Positions 26,559-42,435 of a DNA stretch of 64,000 bases are shown piece by piece (position 1 is the stretch's first letter; every line of letters starts with the position of its first letter). The notes below the pieces were generated by a model. The model was not told the DNA's origin, did not search any database, and was given only the letters and a program-made list of their open reading frames with translations. A program made the translations under genes and the position numbers. The stretch is from the human T2T-CHM13v2.0 reference genome, Homo sapiens, in the NCBI RefSeq assembly GCF_009914755.1, contig NC_060939.1. One strand, given 5' to 3'.

Positions 26559-28105
26559 AGCGTTATGAAAATTTTAAGGATAATTTAGTATGTATGTAAG
26601 AAAGCTTACACAATTAAACATGTCATGTTTAATGAAACTGTCAGGACACTAACTCATCATGACTAAGAAAGGCTATGTTATTTTCTCATTTAAACCTCAT
26701 GCAATTTATTAAGGTGTCTACTTATTAAAACTAAGTCTTGCTGTATTTTCCCTTCCTGGTTTCTGGCAGGAAACACATTTTTAACTTTCAGTTACATGGA
26801 AATAAACCATTTCGTGGTATATCAGATTTTAAAACACACTTGAAACCTCTTTAGTCATCTAACTTCTTTTTTTCTAGTTTTTCCTTGTACTCAGTTACTC
26901 TTGTCACATGAATGGTCCATCATGTCTGTGATAATATTTGTGGGTTTAAAAGCGCTCTCAGTGAGGTCAGAGCAAGAAGCAGAAGCAGTGCATTGGCACA
27001 GAACCCTTAAAAGGAAAATACAAAAGAAACATTCCCTTTGTATCTTGGTGTTTTACTAGTGAGTTATTTCCCCTAAGTACTTCCAGTAGATGTAACTGTA
27101 ACTCTGCCATACAGCCCAGCAGTTAATATAAGCTTATCTTTTTCAATGCACAGGGATAGATTTATTGAGCTGATAATATTTGCTCACTCTTCTTTTCAGT
27201 GGTGATTTATTTAAACTCTCCAGCTAATTTAAATTTAATAAAAAAGGAACCTTGTACATTGCTTTATTGAAGCTAGATTCATCTCCAAAAACACTGCAGT
27301 ATTCAAGATTGTGCAAAAGTGGCAATAACTGTTACTGGATTTAATTAAAAACAACAAATCTTTTGGTCAGTGGTAATGGATGCTCTGTACAGCCCATTGG
27401 ATACATGGTAATTTAAGAAACTGATATCTTAATCTTAAAATGTTGGATTAGACAAGACCCTGGAGCCGATGGCCCTGCTCCCGCTTTGCTCAACATGGTA
27501 CCATTTCATCCGCAATGGCTTTCCTTTGATGTTGGGACCGCAAGGGTTGACTGGCCAGCGGGGAGATGAGGCTGGCTTCTACCTTCCTTTAATTTGGTGT
27601 TGGGAGGGGAAGGAAGCCACACAGGATGCACTTTTTGGATGAAGGCCAGGAACATAGAAGAGATTTTCTGGGAGAAGCCATAGACTGCTAATTACCTATG
27701 ATGCTATGAGAATTTTACTCAGCTGTCTCATGCAGGGCAATAAATGGACTAAAAATTGTTGAGATTTACGTGTGGCTATTCATAGCATGACCGTCATCCA
27801 TCTCTTACTTGGAATGTTCAGAAGGCATAGCCTCTCAGACATTCTTCTCGCCTGTGTCCCCACCCAGTTGGCTTAGGGAATAGCTTATGACCTCATTATC
27901 AGGAATTAGAGCACAAGAAGAGAGGCATGGTGAATGAGGGGGCTCACTCATCCGCGGGAAGTGGCCGTAAAAGGGATATTTTGAAATAAACAAATGAGCT
28001 ATTTAGACTATTTAAACTAAGTATTGCTGATTGTATAAATCCCCAAGAGAAAATTATATAATGTCCATGTAAGTGCCTTGGAAACCATGTAAACATTATA
28101 TATCT

Positions 28106-28365
28106 ACCGTCAGCCCTCCATATCTGTGGGTTCCTCCCTGTGGATTCAACCAACCCCAAATCAAAAATATTCGAGGAAAAAATGGATGGTTGTATCTGTA
28201 CTGAATATGTACAGACTTTTTTCTTATTATAATTCCCTAAGCAATACAGTATAACAACAATTTACGCAGCATTTAGATTGTATTAGGTGTTGCAAATAAT
28301 TTAAAGAAGATTTAAAATATCCAGGAGGATGTACATTTGGTTAGATGCAAATATGTTTATCCCAT
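28106..28365. mobile_element. MER2-like TcMar-Tigger fragment
   Basis: cagccctccatatctgtgggttcc...tggattcaaccaacc...gcaatacagtataacaac. Confidence 0.78.
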
Positions 28366-29654
28366 TTCTCCATCTTTTTGACAAAAATCTAATCATGAAT
28401 GTTTTAGTGTCAGCTGACGTGCAACCTATCTTAAGGATATTCACTTCTAAACTAACATGTAATTGTAGAATAAATGATGCCATGTTTTTAAAGATATTTC
28501 AAGCATTTTTCTGCAACTAGAGGTAGTGGGGAAGAAAGGAGGAACAGAATGCAACCTTTCGTGACCCAGATAATACCTCTCTCTTTCTCAGGCCAGACTT
28601 GACGGCAAAGGTCAGAATTCCTTTCCAAGAAATAAACCAGAGTCCTTTGTCTTCCTCTTCCTACAAAGATATATGTTTTTGAGTGAACATCGCTTACTTA
28701 TAAAGGCTGAAATGAAAAAAATGTGTATATGTTGCCAGCCCAACTATTTACTCTGTGAAGGTGTAAAATAGCCCACTTAATATTAGGACAGAACTGTTGA
28801 TGTAAATCTGAAAGAAAAATGGGAGCATGGCTTTCACAGTAAAGCCTTTTGTTAGTGCTGAGGGCTTACACAAAGGCACAGTTCCCCTTTTGCCTGGGCT
28901 GTATAATATAGGATGTAAATTACAGCAGATTCCCTGAGCAGGGATGAAATTTATGGTGAGGATTCAGAAGGCTACATTTGAGATTCATGGATTTCTAAAT
29001 GTGCAGGCCACCATCAGCATCTGATATAGCTCAAGCAGTATTTTTGTTTTTTCTTTTGTAGCTTACGGTCTGTGATTTTGTTTATGCCTCCTGCCAAATG
29101 TACTATTACAAGAGTAGAACATTACATGCTCAATGGCTTAAAAGGCCAAGGAGGGTGGAACATGAGCACGAGTCCCATGTAGCACCCAGTGAAAGACGTT
29201 CAGGGCATGGAACAAGCTCCTCTAACAGGAAGAGCGAGACTTCACCAGCGAGCCGAGCTGTGCTGCTCTGCGTTTGCTGCAGGTGGAGAGGTGTCTTCTT
29301 TATCAGCCGTGACAGCTGGCAGTCAAAGGAGCCATGCATTAAGTTGCTCCGAGTGGGAGAGCAGGGGCCAGGGGATTCTGGCTCTGGGGGCTGTGATGAG
29401 GACAAGCACTCGGCTGTGGGCCAGAGGAGACTCTCCTTATTTCACAGAGGGTCTTTCAGGTTCTTTGGCATCCATCAGAGAATCCTACTGCATAGAAGTA
29501 TAAGGATTTCTTAAGAAAATCATCCCACTATTTTCTCTTCTTCAAAATGGGGAGGGAATTGTGACTACCTTGAAGAGAAAGTACCTTGCCTATGGGGGAC
29601 ACACTTGAATGGTGAATGTGTGTGTCCCTCCAAGTCAAAAAGCTCACCTCAAAA

Positions 29655-30293
29655 TGAGAGGTGAAGCCAGCTGCGCTTCTGGATAGGGTGGGGACTTGGA
29701 GAACTTTTGTGTCTAGCTAAAGGATTGTAAATGCACCAATTAGCACTCTGTAAAATGGACCAATCAGCATGCTGTAAAATGGACCAGTCAGTGCTCTGTA
29801 AAATGGACCAATCAGCAGGATGTGGGCAGGGCCAAATAAGGGAATAAAAGCTGACCACCGGAGCCTGCAGCAGCACGCAGCTTGGTCCCATCCCGGGCTG
29901 TGGATGCTCTGTTCTTTTGCACTTCACAGTAAATTTTGGTAGATTGCTGTTTTGGTATGTGCTGCTTTTATGAGCAGTGATACTCACCGTGAGGATCTGC
30001 AGGATCGTTGTTGAAGTCAGCGAGTCCATGAATCCACCAGGAGCAAAAAACAACTGTGTATGTGCCACCTTTAAGAGCTGTGATACTCACTGTGAGGGTC
30101 TGTGGCTTCACTCCTGAAGTCAGCGAGACCATGAACGCAATGGGAAGAAGCTCTAGTCACATTTGAACGTCGTGAAAGAGCAGACTGCAGACAGTGTCTT
30201 TAAGAGCTGTAACACTTACTGTGAAGGTCTGTGATTTCATTCTTGAAGTCGTTGAGAGCGAGAACCCACTGGAAGGAATGAACTCCTTCCACA
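29655..30293 (+). mobile_element. Solo LTR12F-like LTR (ERV9)
   Basis: Begins TGAGAGGTGAAGCCAGCTG. CCAAT repeats, GAATAAAAGC, three U5 repeats, 4-bp TSD AAAA. Confidence 0.93.
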
Positions 30294-30535
30294 AAAATAC
30301 CAAAGCTATTGAAATTAAGAAGAAAAAAGCAACTTTGCCACCTGTTTTTGAAGCCCTGATGAAGAATGGGTCTTGGTCTTTCCTGGCCACACTGTGGACA
30401 GGGAAGCCAGGAGTGAGGTGGGAGTAAGCCTCTAGCCTTGTGCTGTCCATCGTTCACCCTTGGATAAAGAAGAGCAGGACCTTTGGGGCAGGGAGAAATC
30501 ACTAATCTGCATTAAAGAGAAGAACCTATACCCGT

Positions 30536-30668
30536 GGCTGCGTGGTGTGGCTCATGTTTGTAATCCCAGCAGGTTAGGGGGTTGAGGAAGAATTGCTTAA
30601 GGCCAGAACTTCAAGACCAGCCTGGGCAAAATAGTGAGACCGTATCCTTTCATTATAAAAATAAAGTA
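30536..30668 (+). mobile_element. FLAM/Alu left monomer
   Basis: ggctcatgtttgtaatcccagca...caagaccagcctgggcaa. Confidence 0.8.
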
Positions 30669-31020
30669 ATAGCAAAGGGGGGGCACATGTTTGTGTGGAG
30701 GACTGGAGGTCTGGGTTTTCACCCAGGATGTTCTCTTCTCAGGACTGTTTTTGGCAGTGCTCTCAGCCGTGGCTTGAACTCCAACAGGCCTAGAACTGGG
30801 AGCTGCTGCTTCTCTCCCTCCTCTCTCTCTGTTCAGTCAACAAGCCCTTCCTGAGCATCTGTTGTATAAACTCACTTTGCTGGGATGCATGAGAGGACTT
30901 GCAACACCATTTCACAGCAGAACGCAGGCCTCTGTGAGTTCAGTCTGCCAGTATTTTTTGAGTGTCTTCTATGTCAAAATGCCATGTGGAGATAACCAAA
31001 AAATAGAAAAGAGACACTGC

Positions 31021-31695
31021 TGTGATGGTTAATTTTATGTGTTGCCTTGACTGAACTATGGGTGCCCAGATTAAACCTTGTTTCTGGATGTGTCTGTGAG
31101 GTGTTTCGAGATGAAGTCAGCATTCACACTGGGGGACTCAGTAAAGTGGATCACCGTCTCCAACATGCGGCACTGCATCCACCCTGGTGACAACCTGGGT
31201 AGAACAAAGGGAGGGAGGAGACATTTGCCTCTTTTTTTTCTGCGTCACTGCTTAAACTGCAAGATTTCATCTCATCTTTTCCTGTCCTTGAACTGGGGGT
31301 TACACCATTGGCTTCCCTGGTTCTCAGGCCTTCAGACGCTAAATTAGATACTAGCTCTACTGAGTCTGCAGTTTGCAGATGGCAGATGGTGGGGCTTCTC
31401 AGCCCTATAATCACATGAACTAATTCCTCATTATCTATTTATCCATCTATCCATCTCTATTTGTCTATCCATCTGTTCAACCATTTCTATCTATTTGTGT
31501 CTATTCATTCATCCATCCATTCATATCTGTCCATCCATCCGTCTGTCTCTAGTCATCCATCCACATCTATCTATCTATCATCTATCAATCATCTATCAAT
31601 CCATCCACATATCCATATCTATCTATTTATCTATCTATCCATCCATCCATCCATCCATCCTATTGGTTGTGTCTCTGGAGAACATGACTAATACA
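31021..31695 (+). mobile_element. MLT2-family LTR containing a (TCCA/TCTA)n expansion
   Basis: tgtgatggttaattttatgtg...ggagaacatgactaataca. Confidence 0.88.
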
Positions 31696-33100
31696 ACCAC
31701 CCTTAAGGAGGTTTTGGTTTGGAGAGAGAACTTCCTTGCTGTCTGCCTGCCTGCCTACCTGCCTACCATGCTTGTTATGTTATTATTTTATGGTGTTTTT
31801 CTTTTGGCCCCTATTAACCTAGTAGCCACTGTGCTGGGCTCAGGGGGGACATCAAGCTGCCATGTCTAAGCTTGGCTCTAGGGGAAATGCACACAGAGGC
31901 TAAGAGGTCATAGTAAGGGGCTGAGACTCGAAATGGTGGTGGTTAGGGTGGTTTCACCAGAAAATTACAGGTTGGGGAGAAAAAAAAATCCTGGGGAAGT
32001 AAAATAAAGATTAAGTTCATCTAAAAGTAATCTTTTCCCAGAGATCTTAAAATACTCGGAGCAAAAATGATTGCTTCTCACTCTCCCGTGTCCCTGAATT
32101 CTCGTTCAGCCCTAAAAATAGAAGCACTGAAAGCTTTCCAAGACCTTCCTGAAACAACACATTTGAGACCACATAAAAATATTTTATGATGACTTCTGTA
32201 GCCTGATTTCTTTCCGTGTGTGACATGGAGAGTTCAAAGTCATTTCCACTGAAAACAACCCTCTTCTGATGCCCGTACAATGCTAACTACAGCCACTGCA
32301 TCCCAGGGTGTGTGCAAGGCGGTTCAGGTGAGGGTTGCTGTCCCCGGCAAAGTGAATCCATTTTGGAAAGTTTCTCGGCAGGGACATCCTTGTACGGAAA
32401 GATCAGATGGGTCTGTCCCAATTAGTGATGAAACGTGGTGGCATTTACTCAGAATTTTGTGCTTTCAATGCACAAAAATAAGTCAGCTGATTACTTTTCC
32501 GGTGCAAGGGTATCCTGCAGGGAATCTCAGTTCTGTTTTTATTTTGAAATGGCTCCAGCAGAAAGATCTAAAGTAATTAAGCTTATTACAGAAAGTATTG
32601 GTGTATGACATGAAAAAATATGAATCCCTTATTTTGAACCAAGAAACAGGGAAGTACTTGCTAAATACACCAAGGAAACTAGAAATCTGTCTAATCATCT
32701 TTTGACTTCTAAAGCAGTAACTGGTGCACCAACTTATTAAAGGAAGAAAAAGAAGACAAGTGTTCTGAGAAAAAAAGGGAAATTCCTCAGTTTCAGGTTT
32801 TTATTTCAATTATGACAGCTCAACTTTCTTTTTTCTTAATTTTTATTTTTGGACAGAATCTTGATCTGTCACCCAGGCTGGAGTGCAGTGGCACAATCTT
32901 GGTTCACTGCAGCCTCAATCTCTGGGCTCAGGTGATTCTCTCACCTCAGCCTCCCAAGTAGCTGGGAGCACAGGCATGTGCCACTATGCACAGCTAAGTT
33001 TTGTATTTTTTGTAGAGACCAGCTTTTGCCATATTGCCCAGGCTGGTCTCAAACTCCTGGGCTCAAGCAATCCACTCACCTCGGCCTCCTAAAGTGCTGG

Positions 33101-34525
<1,425 letters not shown>

Positions 34526-34589
34526 TCCTTATTGCATTAGCTATGACTTCAGTACAATGTTGCTAAGGAGTGTTGAAAAGAAAACACAG

Positions 34590-34920
34590 GTAGATGACTA
34601 AACTAAATCAGGAGATAATACATGAACCATATGAAAATTTCAACAAAGAGGTAGAAACCATTTTTAAAAGAAAATAGAAATTCTGGAGCTAAAGAACACA
34701 ATGAATTGAACTGAAAAATTTCAGAGAGCTTCAACAGCAGATGTAACCAAGAAGAAAAATCAGTGAGCTTGAAAATTGGTCATATGATATCACCCAGTCA
34801 GAGGAACAAAATGGGAAAAAAAAGTAAAGAGAGACTGAAGAGAACCTATAGGAGTTATGAAACTCCATCAAGCGAACCAATATACAAATTACGGAAGCCG
34901 CAGAAAAAACAGAGAAAGGT
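34590..34920 (+). mobile_element. Old L1 ORF1-region fragment
   Basis: gaaattctggagctaaagaacacaat...gcttcaacagcaga...aatcagtgagcttgaa. Confidence 0.75.
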
Positions 34921-35029
34921 ATTTCCTTATAGTCAAGAGAGACATCATGGGCAGTTGGAAGCCTGACATGTGTGTTGACCTCTAGTTGAACAGTGAAACC
35001 TCAGGGGCTGGTTAGTGGATGGGAATCCA

Positions 35030-35190
35030 CCCTGGGGGATCCCATGGATGGTTTATGAGCTCAGGCTTTGGCCCTATCCTGCTTGACATTTTCAGGAAGG
35101 TTTTAAGGAAGACACCTACATTAAGTGCCTCAACTTTGTGGATTATATGACAGAATTTGGAAATTTAAAAAACGAGTGATGCTTCAGCAG
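35030..35190 (+). mobile_element. Probable L3/CR1 reverse-transcriptase fragment
   Basis: ttggccctatcctgcttgacattttc...caactttgtggat resembles the decayed LGPVLFNIF...KFADD coding region. Confidence 0.45.
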
Positions 35191-36204
35191 ATCAGATCAC
35201 GGACAGACTGGGATTGGACAGTGATAATCATAGTGAACCAAAGGCACTGATGGAGGGAGAGTTGACTCAACATTAGCAGAAGTTTAAAAATATTAATAAA
35301 AGACTTTAGAATTTTGGGGAAAAAAAAAAGCTGGCCAGAAGGACAGGTATTTCAAGAACAGGTCAGTTGCTGTTGCATGAAGGACCCTCCAAAGCTGCCT
35401 CATTGGTGAGTCCCTCATGCACAAGGCCAGGCCGCAGCCTCGTGTGCTGTCAGGAGCCATTTACCCAACTGCACCCACAAAGGTCTCCAGGAGGGGATGC
35501 AAAATGTTCGATATCATTTTCCTTATTTTAGCAGAGACATTTAATGGCAAGAGTAGTGGATTCCTTGTCTCTTCTTGACAGTGTTTTCAAATTGACTCAA
35601 TACTTCAGTGGGAACATTGTGGTCCCACCCAAACCATTTAGAGAGCCTGTCCAGGTTGGGACCTCCACTTTAAGCACAGTTGGTCTGTCTGCGGTGTGGC
35701 TTTCAACTCGGTTTCCTCAATTCTGGCTCTACCTCCTTGCCAAGGCACTTCAATGTGAGGTCTTAGGAGGTGAGTTGTATTAGTTCTGGGTTTTGGACAG
35801 AGCCCTTTTAGATCTCCCTTTCTTTCTCCATTGTTTTTCTCAGCTATGTTTCAGGGAACTAAGTCTCTCTACCCATCAAAAGGGTGATTTAGATAATGTC
35901 CCGCTGTGGGCAAGTGACTGGAAGCCACACTGCAGAGAGGATATAGGTGTTGGATGGCAGAAAAAGTGGGTGGCCCATATGCCCTGAGTTTCAGTGAATC
36001 TGTATTTCTATTTCAGTAAAGAAATAAGCAACCCGACCTGCAAGGAGAAAGTCATCAGACCTACCCTAATTGGCAGGGAATATATGGGATAGATGAACAA
36101 TTAAGTGTCCCAATAAGGGAGTCCTTTCTCAAATCTAGGACAGAGTGGGGAGAGAGAATTCCAGAGGCCAGATCCCAGGTCTGGAGAAAAGAAGATAGAG
36201 ACTC

Positions 36205-36645
36205 ACAGATAAAAGAAACAAGTTATAACAATCAAAAGCAATATGTAAACCTATTTGTTGCCCGATTTAAAATAAACCAACTATGAAATGATGTTTTGAG
36301 ACAATTGGGAGCCTTCAAATATGGACTGGGCAGTAGATGAAGTTAAGAGATTAAAGTTAATTCTGTGAAGGGTAATTATGTCATGGTGGCAACAATAAAA
36401 TAAAGTCATTAGCAGTTAGAGAAAATTGAATGAAATATTTATGGGATGAAATGATATATCCTTAAAATTCTCTAGCAAGTGATCTAGTACAAAACCAGTC
36501 AAAGAAGAAAATGGAGGTGAATGTGGTAGATGATGCAAAGTTAACACAGTATTGATAATTGTTGAAGCTGGAACATGGGCATATGGGACATTTATACTAT
36601 TCTATTCTTTTGCTTATTTGAAGTACCTGTAATAATTTTTTTTTA
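36205..36645 (+). mobile_element. Old L1 (L1ME/MC) 3'UTR
   Basis: tttgagacaattggg...aatatggactggg...ttgataattgttgaagctgg. Confidence 0.7.
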
Positions 36646-38543
36646 AAATAGTCCATCTAGAAAGAAAAGGATTGTTACTATGATCTTCCCTATTAACAGA
36701 CTTTTTATGTTTTCAAATGAATTATTCTTTACATATTGCTCATTGCATTGAGTTCCTACACCATCTCATATTAGGATCGGGCTGACAGAACAAATAAGGA
36801 ATCCCATAAGGGCTGACAGTTTGGAAATGCCTGGGGTGAGGGGGCCAAGAGCTAGTGTCTCCTCTGAGAATGGAAATGTTCTCTTTCCTTCCAAAGGCAC
36901 ACCATTGGGAGAGACTATAAACTAAACTACTGGGTTAAATTCAATTCAAAGAGAAATAGGACTTTCCAGAATATCCTCAAATAAATACTGAAAGACTTCT
37001 TGGGAAGGGCAACCAACAGCAAATCATAAGCAGCATAGACCCAAGCAGAAATCACAAACAGTTAAATGGCTGGGAAAATACATTTACTCAAATGGCGATG
37101 CAATTTGGAGTTGTGTCTTAAGTGTTGTACTGTGAAATTTCAATTAGGAGCTAAGTGCTGTGAAATGGGCTGTGCTCAAGGACTTTGGCCAACCGTTAGA
37201 TGTGCACTACAATTTTCCAAGACAGAGCGAGTGAGATCAGGGTGAGCATTGGTATATTGTTTGGGTTACATTGAAACGTTTTGATGCCTTTCAAGATGTG
37301 TGTTTTCTACCACGGGAGGAGAGATGGGTGCACTTATTCATACACTTGCACAAAATGTACAAGATGTTGGTGTAAAGTGTCACACTGGAAGTAAAACAAG
37401 ATATGAGTTCCCAGCAATGCGGCACACTCAAATTCCCTTAATGAGAAGAAAGAAAAAGACTTCATTATGGTCCCTTCCAGTAGGTTTATCATCTGAAACA
37501 CAAAGTGAAGGCAGGTGGGAAGAGCACATTGTTTTACTGTAGATAAAAACACTCCTAAAAGCAGCTGCTCCAGAACAGAGTGTTTCTTTGGCTCCATCTC
37601 CAGGAGAGACAGAGGGGAGTGAGTGGTTTTGTTTGAATAGCATTCTCAGAGTTGGTGAATTTAGTCAAGATTACAGATTTGTCTCTCTGCTTTACGACCC
37701 CAAAATGGGATTGCAGGAAAGGAGTTAATTTTGTCATCTCACATGGAGACCATTAAAATCCTTTTGCTGGGGAAATCATGGAAGATCGTCAAATATTGCC
37801 AAGACCTCCTTCCATCAATATTCAAGAGCCCAGCTTAAACCTGCTCCCAGGGTTCATGCAGAAAACAGGTGTAGTCAGCATTTTTTTGCCAGGCTTTAGA
37901 GAGTGTTGGTAAAACAAAAATGATCAACACATTTCCAGCAAAGAGCATGGAACACACAGAAACATGAGATACGAAATTCAAGTCATCAGAGTCTAATTCT
38001 GTGATTCAAGAGCTGTGTGGCTCTGTGCAACTTAATCACTCCTAGCTTCAGTTTTGTAAAGGGGAAATAAGAATTACCTGGTTAAATTTGGTGGAAATAA
38101 AATAAAATAATAAGTACTAGGTCTCTTCTAAGGGAACACTTAATAAGAAGACATATTATAGAATCAGGAAGCATTAATACCTTGTACTATATGATAGCGA
38201 CATAAATGAGGTGCAATGGGAGTGAGGGTGGCCGCTGAGGTGGCTTTCCAGGCAATGAGTGTTTGTTTTGGGGGACTGAGGTACGGAAGGAGGGAGGCAG
38301 CCTGCAGGGGGTCTGCAGGGGACATCGGGGCAGCCAGGTGAGGCTGAATATCCCTTTGTGACTGTCATGGAGCTTTGAGGCCTCAGATGAGGACTTAATT
38401 TCCTGGATCTTCAGCTTCCTCACACAATATTAATTAAGTTTTAAAATTCTGAACTTAATATTTAGTAGGGGCACATTAACATGGTTCATGCATCAAGAAT
38501 GTCAACAGGTGGCCTGGGAAATCCCCCTTTGCTCGGGTTCCAT

Positions 38544-39005
38544 TGTAGCAGGACGAGCTGCAGACAAAACCCCTCAGACACCGAGTTAAAGAAGGAAGGG
38601 CTTTATTCAGCCAGAAGCATCGGCAAGACTCACCTCTCAAAAACCGAGCTCCCCAAGTGAGCAATTCCTGTCCCTCTTAAGGGCTTACAACTCTAAGGGG
38701 GTCCGCGTGAGAGAGTCGTGATCGATTGAGCAAGCAGGGGGCACGTGACTGGGGGCTGCATGCTCCGGTAATTAGAACGGAACAGAACAGGACAGGGATT
38801 TTCACAGTGCTTTTCCATACAATGTCTGCAATCTATAGATGACATAACCGGTTAGGTCAGGGGTGGATCTTTAACTACCAGGCCCAGGGCGTGGCGCCGG
38901 ACTGTCTGCCTGTGGATTTCATTTCTGCCTTTTAGTTTTTATTTCTTCTTTCTTTGGAGGCAGAAATTGGGCATAAGACAATATGAGGGGTGGTCTCCTC
39001 CTTTA
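38544..39005 (-). mobile_element. Solo LTR2 (HERV-E)
   Basis: Reverse complement taaaggaggagaccacccctcatattgtcttatgcccaatttc...cgtcctgctaca. TSD ccat/tcat. Confidence 0.92.
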
Positions 39006-39743
39006 TCATCTTCCCACTCCACTAGCTGTTGTCCTCCCAGAGGTACTTGTTTTGTTTTCTGTGTTTGTGTTTGCTTTTTTTTTTTTTTTTAATTTATGGG
39101 CCACATTTTTTTTATTTTCTCACTTTCTTATTTAAACAAAATGGTTGCATAGAGCACATTCCATTGTTCTCCAAATTGCTTATTTTGCTTCACATCTTTT
39201 GTGAGAATATTTTAGAGTGAGTTGTTGAAAGCTGATTTCCGAATTCCTCTATGGAGACTTAGTGATGAAATTATCTAAAAGTGCTGATGCTAACCTGGGT
39301 TTCATGTTACAAAGCCCCAGGATAGACCTCATCACCATGCTCTGCAATTTGAACATCTCCATTTACCACCTGTTTGCTGTGGAATGTGCTCTACATGTGT
39401 CCCCAGATACCCGCGGTCTCTCCCTGGTCCCTCCGCAGCATTCCATCCCAGGGGACCCATGAGGGCTGCACAGTGCCTGGTCATCTCTCACCCAGTCCCG
39501 TGTCTGGAAGGACAATCCAGCCACACCTGGTGCTCAGGACCTGCCCAAGGGCATGCACCCTGCTGGGTGCTTCTAGTCTGACATGAGTGATCGAAAAGAG
39601 GACTACATGTTGAGGCTTTCTCAGGCCTCCCCAAACAGAATTACTCACCACAGTGCTTTGCTTGACGCCTAAGGCAGCGTTGTTAGTGATAGCTATTGTG
39701 ACTTGTCACGAATGCACCTGCCTCTGTGTTAGACTGTGAGGTT

Positions 39744-40594
39744 TGTTGATGAAAAAATTTGAAGAGATTTATTCTGAGCCAAGTGTGAGGACCATGACCT
39801 GTGAGACAACCCCAGGAGGTCCTGATGGCATGTACCCAAGGTGGTCAGGCTACAGCTTGGTTTTATACACTTTAGGGAGACATGAGACATCAATCAATAC
39901 ATGTCAAATGTACATTGGTTTGGTCTGGAAAGGTGGGACAACTTGAGGTGTGGAGGCTTCCAAGTCATAGGTGGATTCAAACATTTTCTGATTGGCAATT
40001 GATTGAAAGAGATGTTATTATCCAAAGTCCTGGACTCAATAGAAAGGAATATCTGGGTTAAGATAAGGGGTTGTAGAGACCAAGGTTTTTTATCATGCAG
40101 CTGAAGCCGCCAGGTAGACGACTTGGGAACTCTTATCAGACCTAAAAGGTGCCAAACTCTTAGTTAATTCTCTCCTGGATCAGGGAAAAGATCTGGAAAG
40201 GGCAGGTAATTCTATACAGACCATAGATTTTTCCCCACAACAGAAAGCTTTGCAGGGCCATTTCAAAATATGTCAAAGGAATATTTCTGGGTAAAATACT
40301 TTGATTTCTTTTAGGGCCTGCTGTCTGTCGTGTGATGCTGTACTAGAGTCAGGGTGGAATTTGGTCTCTTACTGCTACAAAGAGTCTGCTCTGTCAGTCT
40401 TAAAATCCCTATTTTAATGTTGATGCTGGTCAGTTGTGCCTGAATCCCAAAGGGAGGAGGGTATCATGAGACATGTCTGACTCAACTTCCACTCGTGGCC
40501 TGAACTAATTTTTCAGGTTTCTTTGGAATGCCCTTGGCCAAGAGAGGGGTCCATCAGTTGGTTTGGGAGCTTAGAATTTTATTTTTCATTTACA
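39744..40594 (-). mobile_element. Solo MER4-family LTR (ERV1)
   Basis: Reverse complement begins tgtaaatgaaaaataaaattctaagc. 4-bp TSD GGTT. Confidence 0.9.
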
Positions 40595-42435
40595 GGTTGT
40601 TGAAAGTGGGGCTTACCTGTCTTGGTCCTGGGGAGGTGATAAAGGTGGAAATCAAAGGTATCTTTCAAAGACTCCCCTGGGGTAGGCCAGCACACTCTCA
40701 GAAAACGAGCTCTTAACCTCTTCTGGTGCGGACACTCTGCAGAGATGAATTCAAAGGTCCTTTTGGCTCCTCGGGGGTTTCATACAGCACTAGTCGCATC
40801 AATGAATGAATGGCAAGTTCCTCTGGAATGCCTGCGGAGTCTGACACAACATAGGTGTGTGATGATGCAACAAAAAAATCCGTCAGAAACCCCTACAGCA
40901 ACTACAATGGATTATGGATACCTGATTAAAGAGACTAGCAAAGGACCCATGTGTTTAGTTGGCTCTGAATTTTGAATGGTGCACTCATGGAAAAGGACCT
41001 TCTCTTCTGAGTTAGGTAGAACTTCAATATGGCCAGAGATCTGGCTTATTTTTCATTCTCCCTGAGTTAATGCACTTATGTCTTAATTATCTGTAGGAAA
41101 AACTTTTGCATTATAAATCTGGGTCATTTCACAATACATTATTGACACATTGACTCCTGATGCGGCACCTGCACCATACTTTCTGTAGGAGCTTTGTGAC
41201 GACTGACGTGATGTGAAGTTAATCCTGTGTCTGCTTTATGGTCTATCCATCCTTTACACATGCTGGGTACTCAATGCATGCTTCTGAATAAATGAATGAA
41301 TGAAGTAATGAATTAATGACTAAATGAAAGCTGAAGAAGTGCCTACACCCTGCCAGTCAACTGTGAATACAGAAAATTAGGGAGAACAAGAGGCAGTCAC
41401 TGTCTGCCCTGCCCTGTAATTCAGATTCAGGAGACAAATCGCCCCCAGGACTCCCTCCCATCCACTGCTTCAAGTGATTTTCACTCTGGCTGACATGGCT
41501 TGGATTTGAATATCACAGCTGAGAAGCACAGGTTAATAAGATGTTCTTCTATATCTATCTAACATGAAAAAGCATGACTGTATTTTCTACCACTTGGTCT
41601 TATAAAACAAGAATCATTCCTACTGATGATGGTGTGTGGTGTTTATAATGTTCTGGGAGATTAATTTGTTTTCACAAAGTGACAGTCATACAAACGAAAG
41701 GAAAATCTAACTGAAGGCAAATGCTAAAGATCACATGAAGCAGGCTTTAATTTTTGATACAAATAAATAGTCCACAGACCATAAACACATCTCTAGCCTT
41801 GAAAAACCATTAGGAAAACATTGCTTATGGCAACCAGAAGACCCTGCCCTTTCAGAACCAGAGCTTCTCTGATCCGTTTCCATGGTGATTGAAGCTCTGC
41901 CATCTAAACACACGGTGGTCCCCAGGAGGAGCTGATGAACAAAGGCTGCAGAGGGGATTACTAGGGAAAGACAAAAGTTCCTTCTCTCTCCTTCACTCTC
42001 AAATTTAAATTCAACCTAATCCAAGAGGAGAATAGGAATAAACTGAATTGGAAACGTCCTTTGAACTGCAAATCATAGCCTACTGTGATTTTTATTTATT
42101 TTTTAAAGTTTGAGGTTTTGTCCCAATTTATACATTTAGTCTTTACGATTCCACGATGGGTTTTGGAGATAAATGGTGGCTACTTGGGGAGATAAATTCA
42201 GGTCTTCCTGGTGGCTGCAGGAGGAGGCTGTCAGTGATGCTGGGAGAATGTGGCCCGGCAACTGTGCTGATTCACTCTGTGTTTGTTCGCCTGAGAGCTG
42301 TGCCACATCAGTGCTGAAACCCACCACTCAGGGGGCTGCATTCTGGTTTTGCATCTGGGCAAAAGAATAAAGCTCTGTTTTACTAGCACAAAGGTATGAT
42401 TAAATTGCAACAGATTTTTTTACATAATTAAAAAA

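Noticed and set aside
26895-27245. Possible two-exon plus-strand end with AATAAA at about 27237
   Set aside because: Weak donor context and AT-rich background make chance occurrence likely.
29098-29514. 138-aa ORF in unique sequence preceded by an acceptor-like tract at 29041-29060
   Set aside because: No recognisable domain and no convincing donor. Overlapping ORFs in other frames are similarly long.
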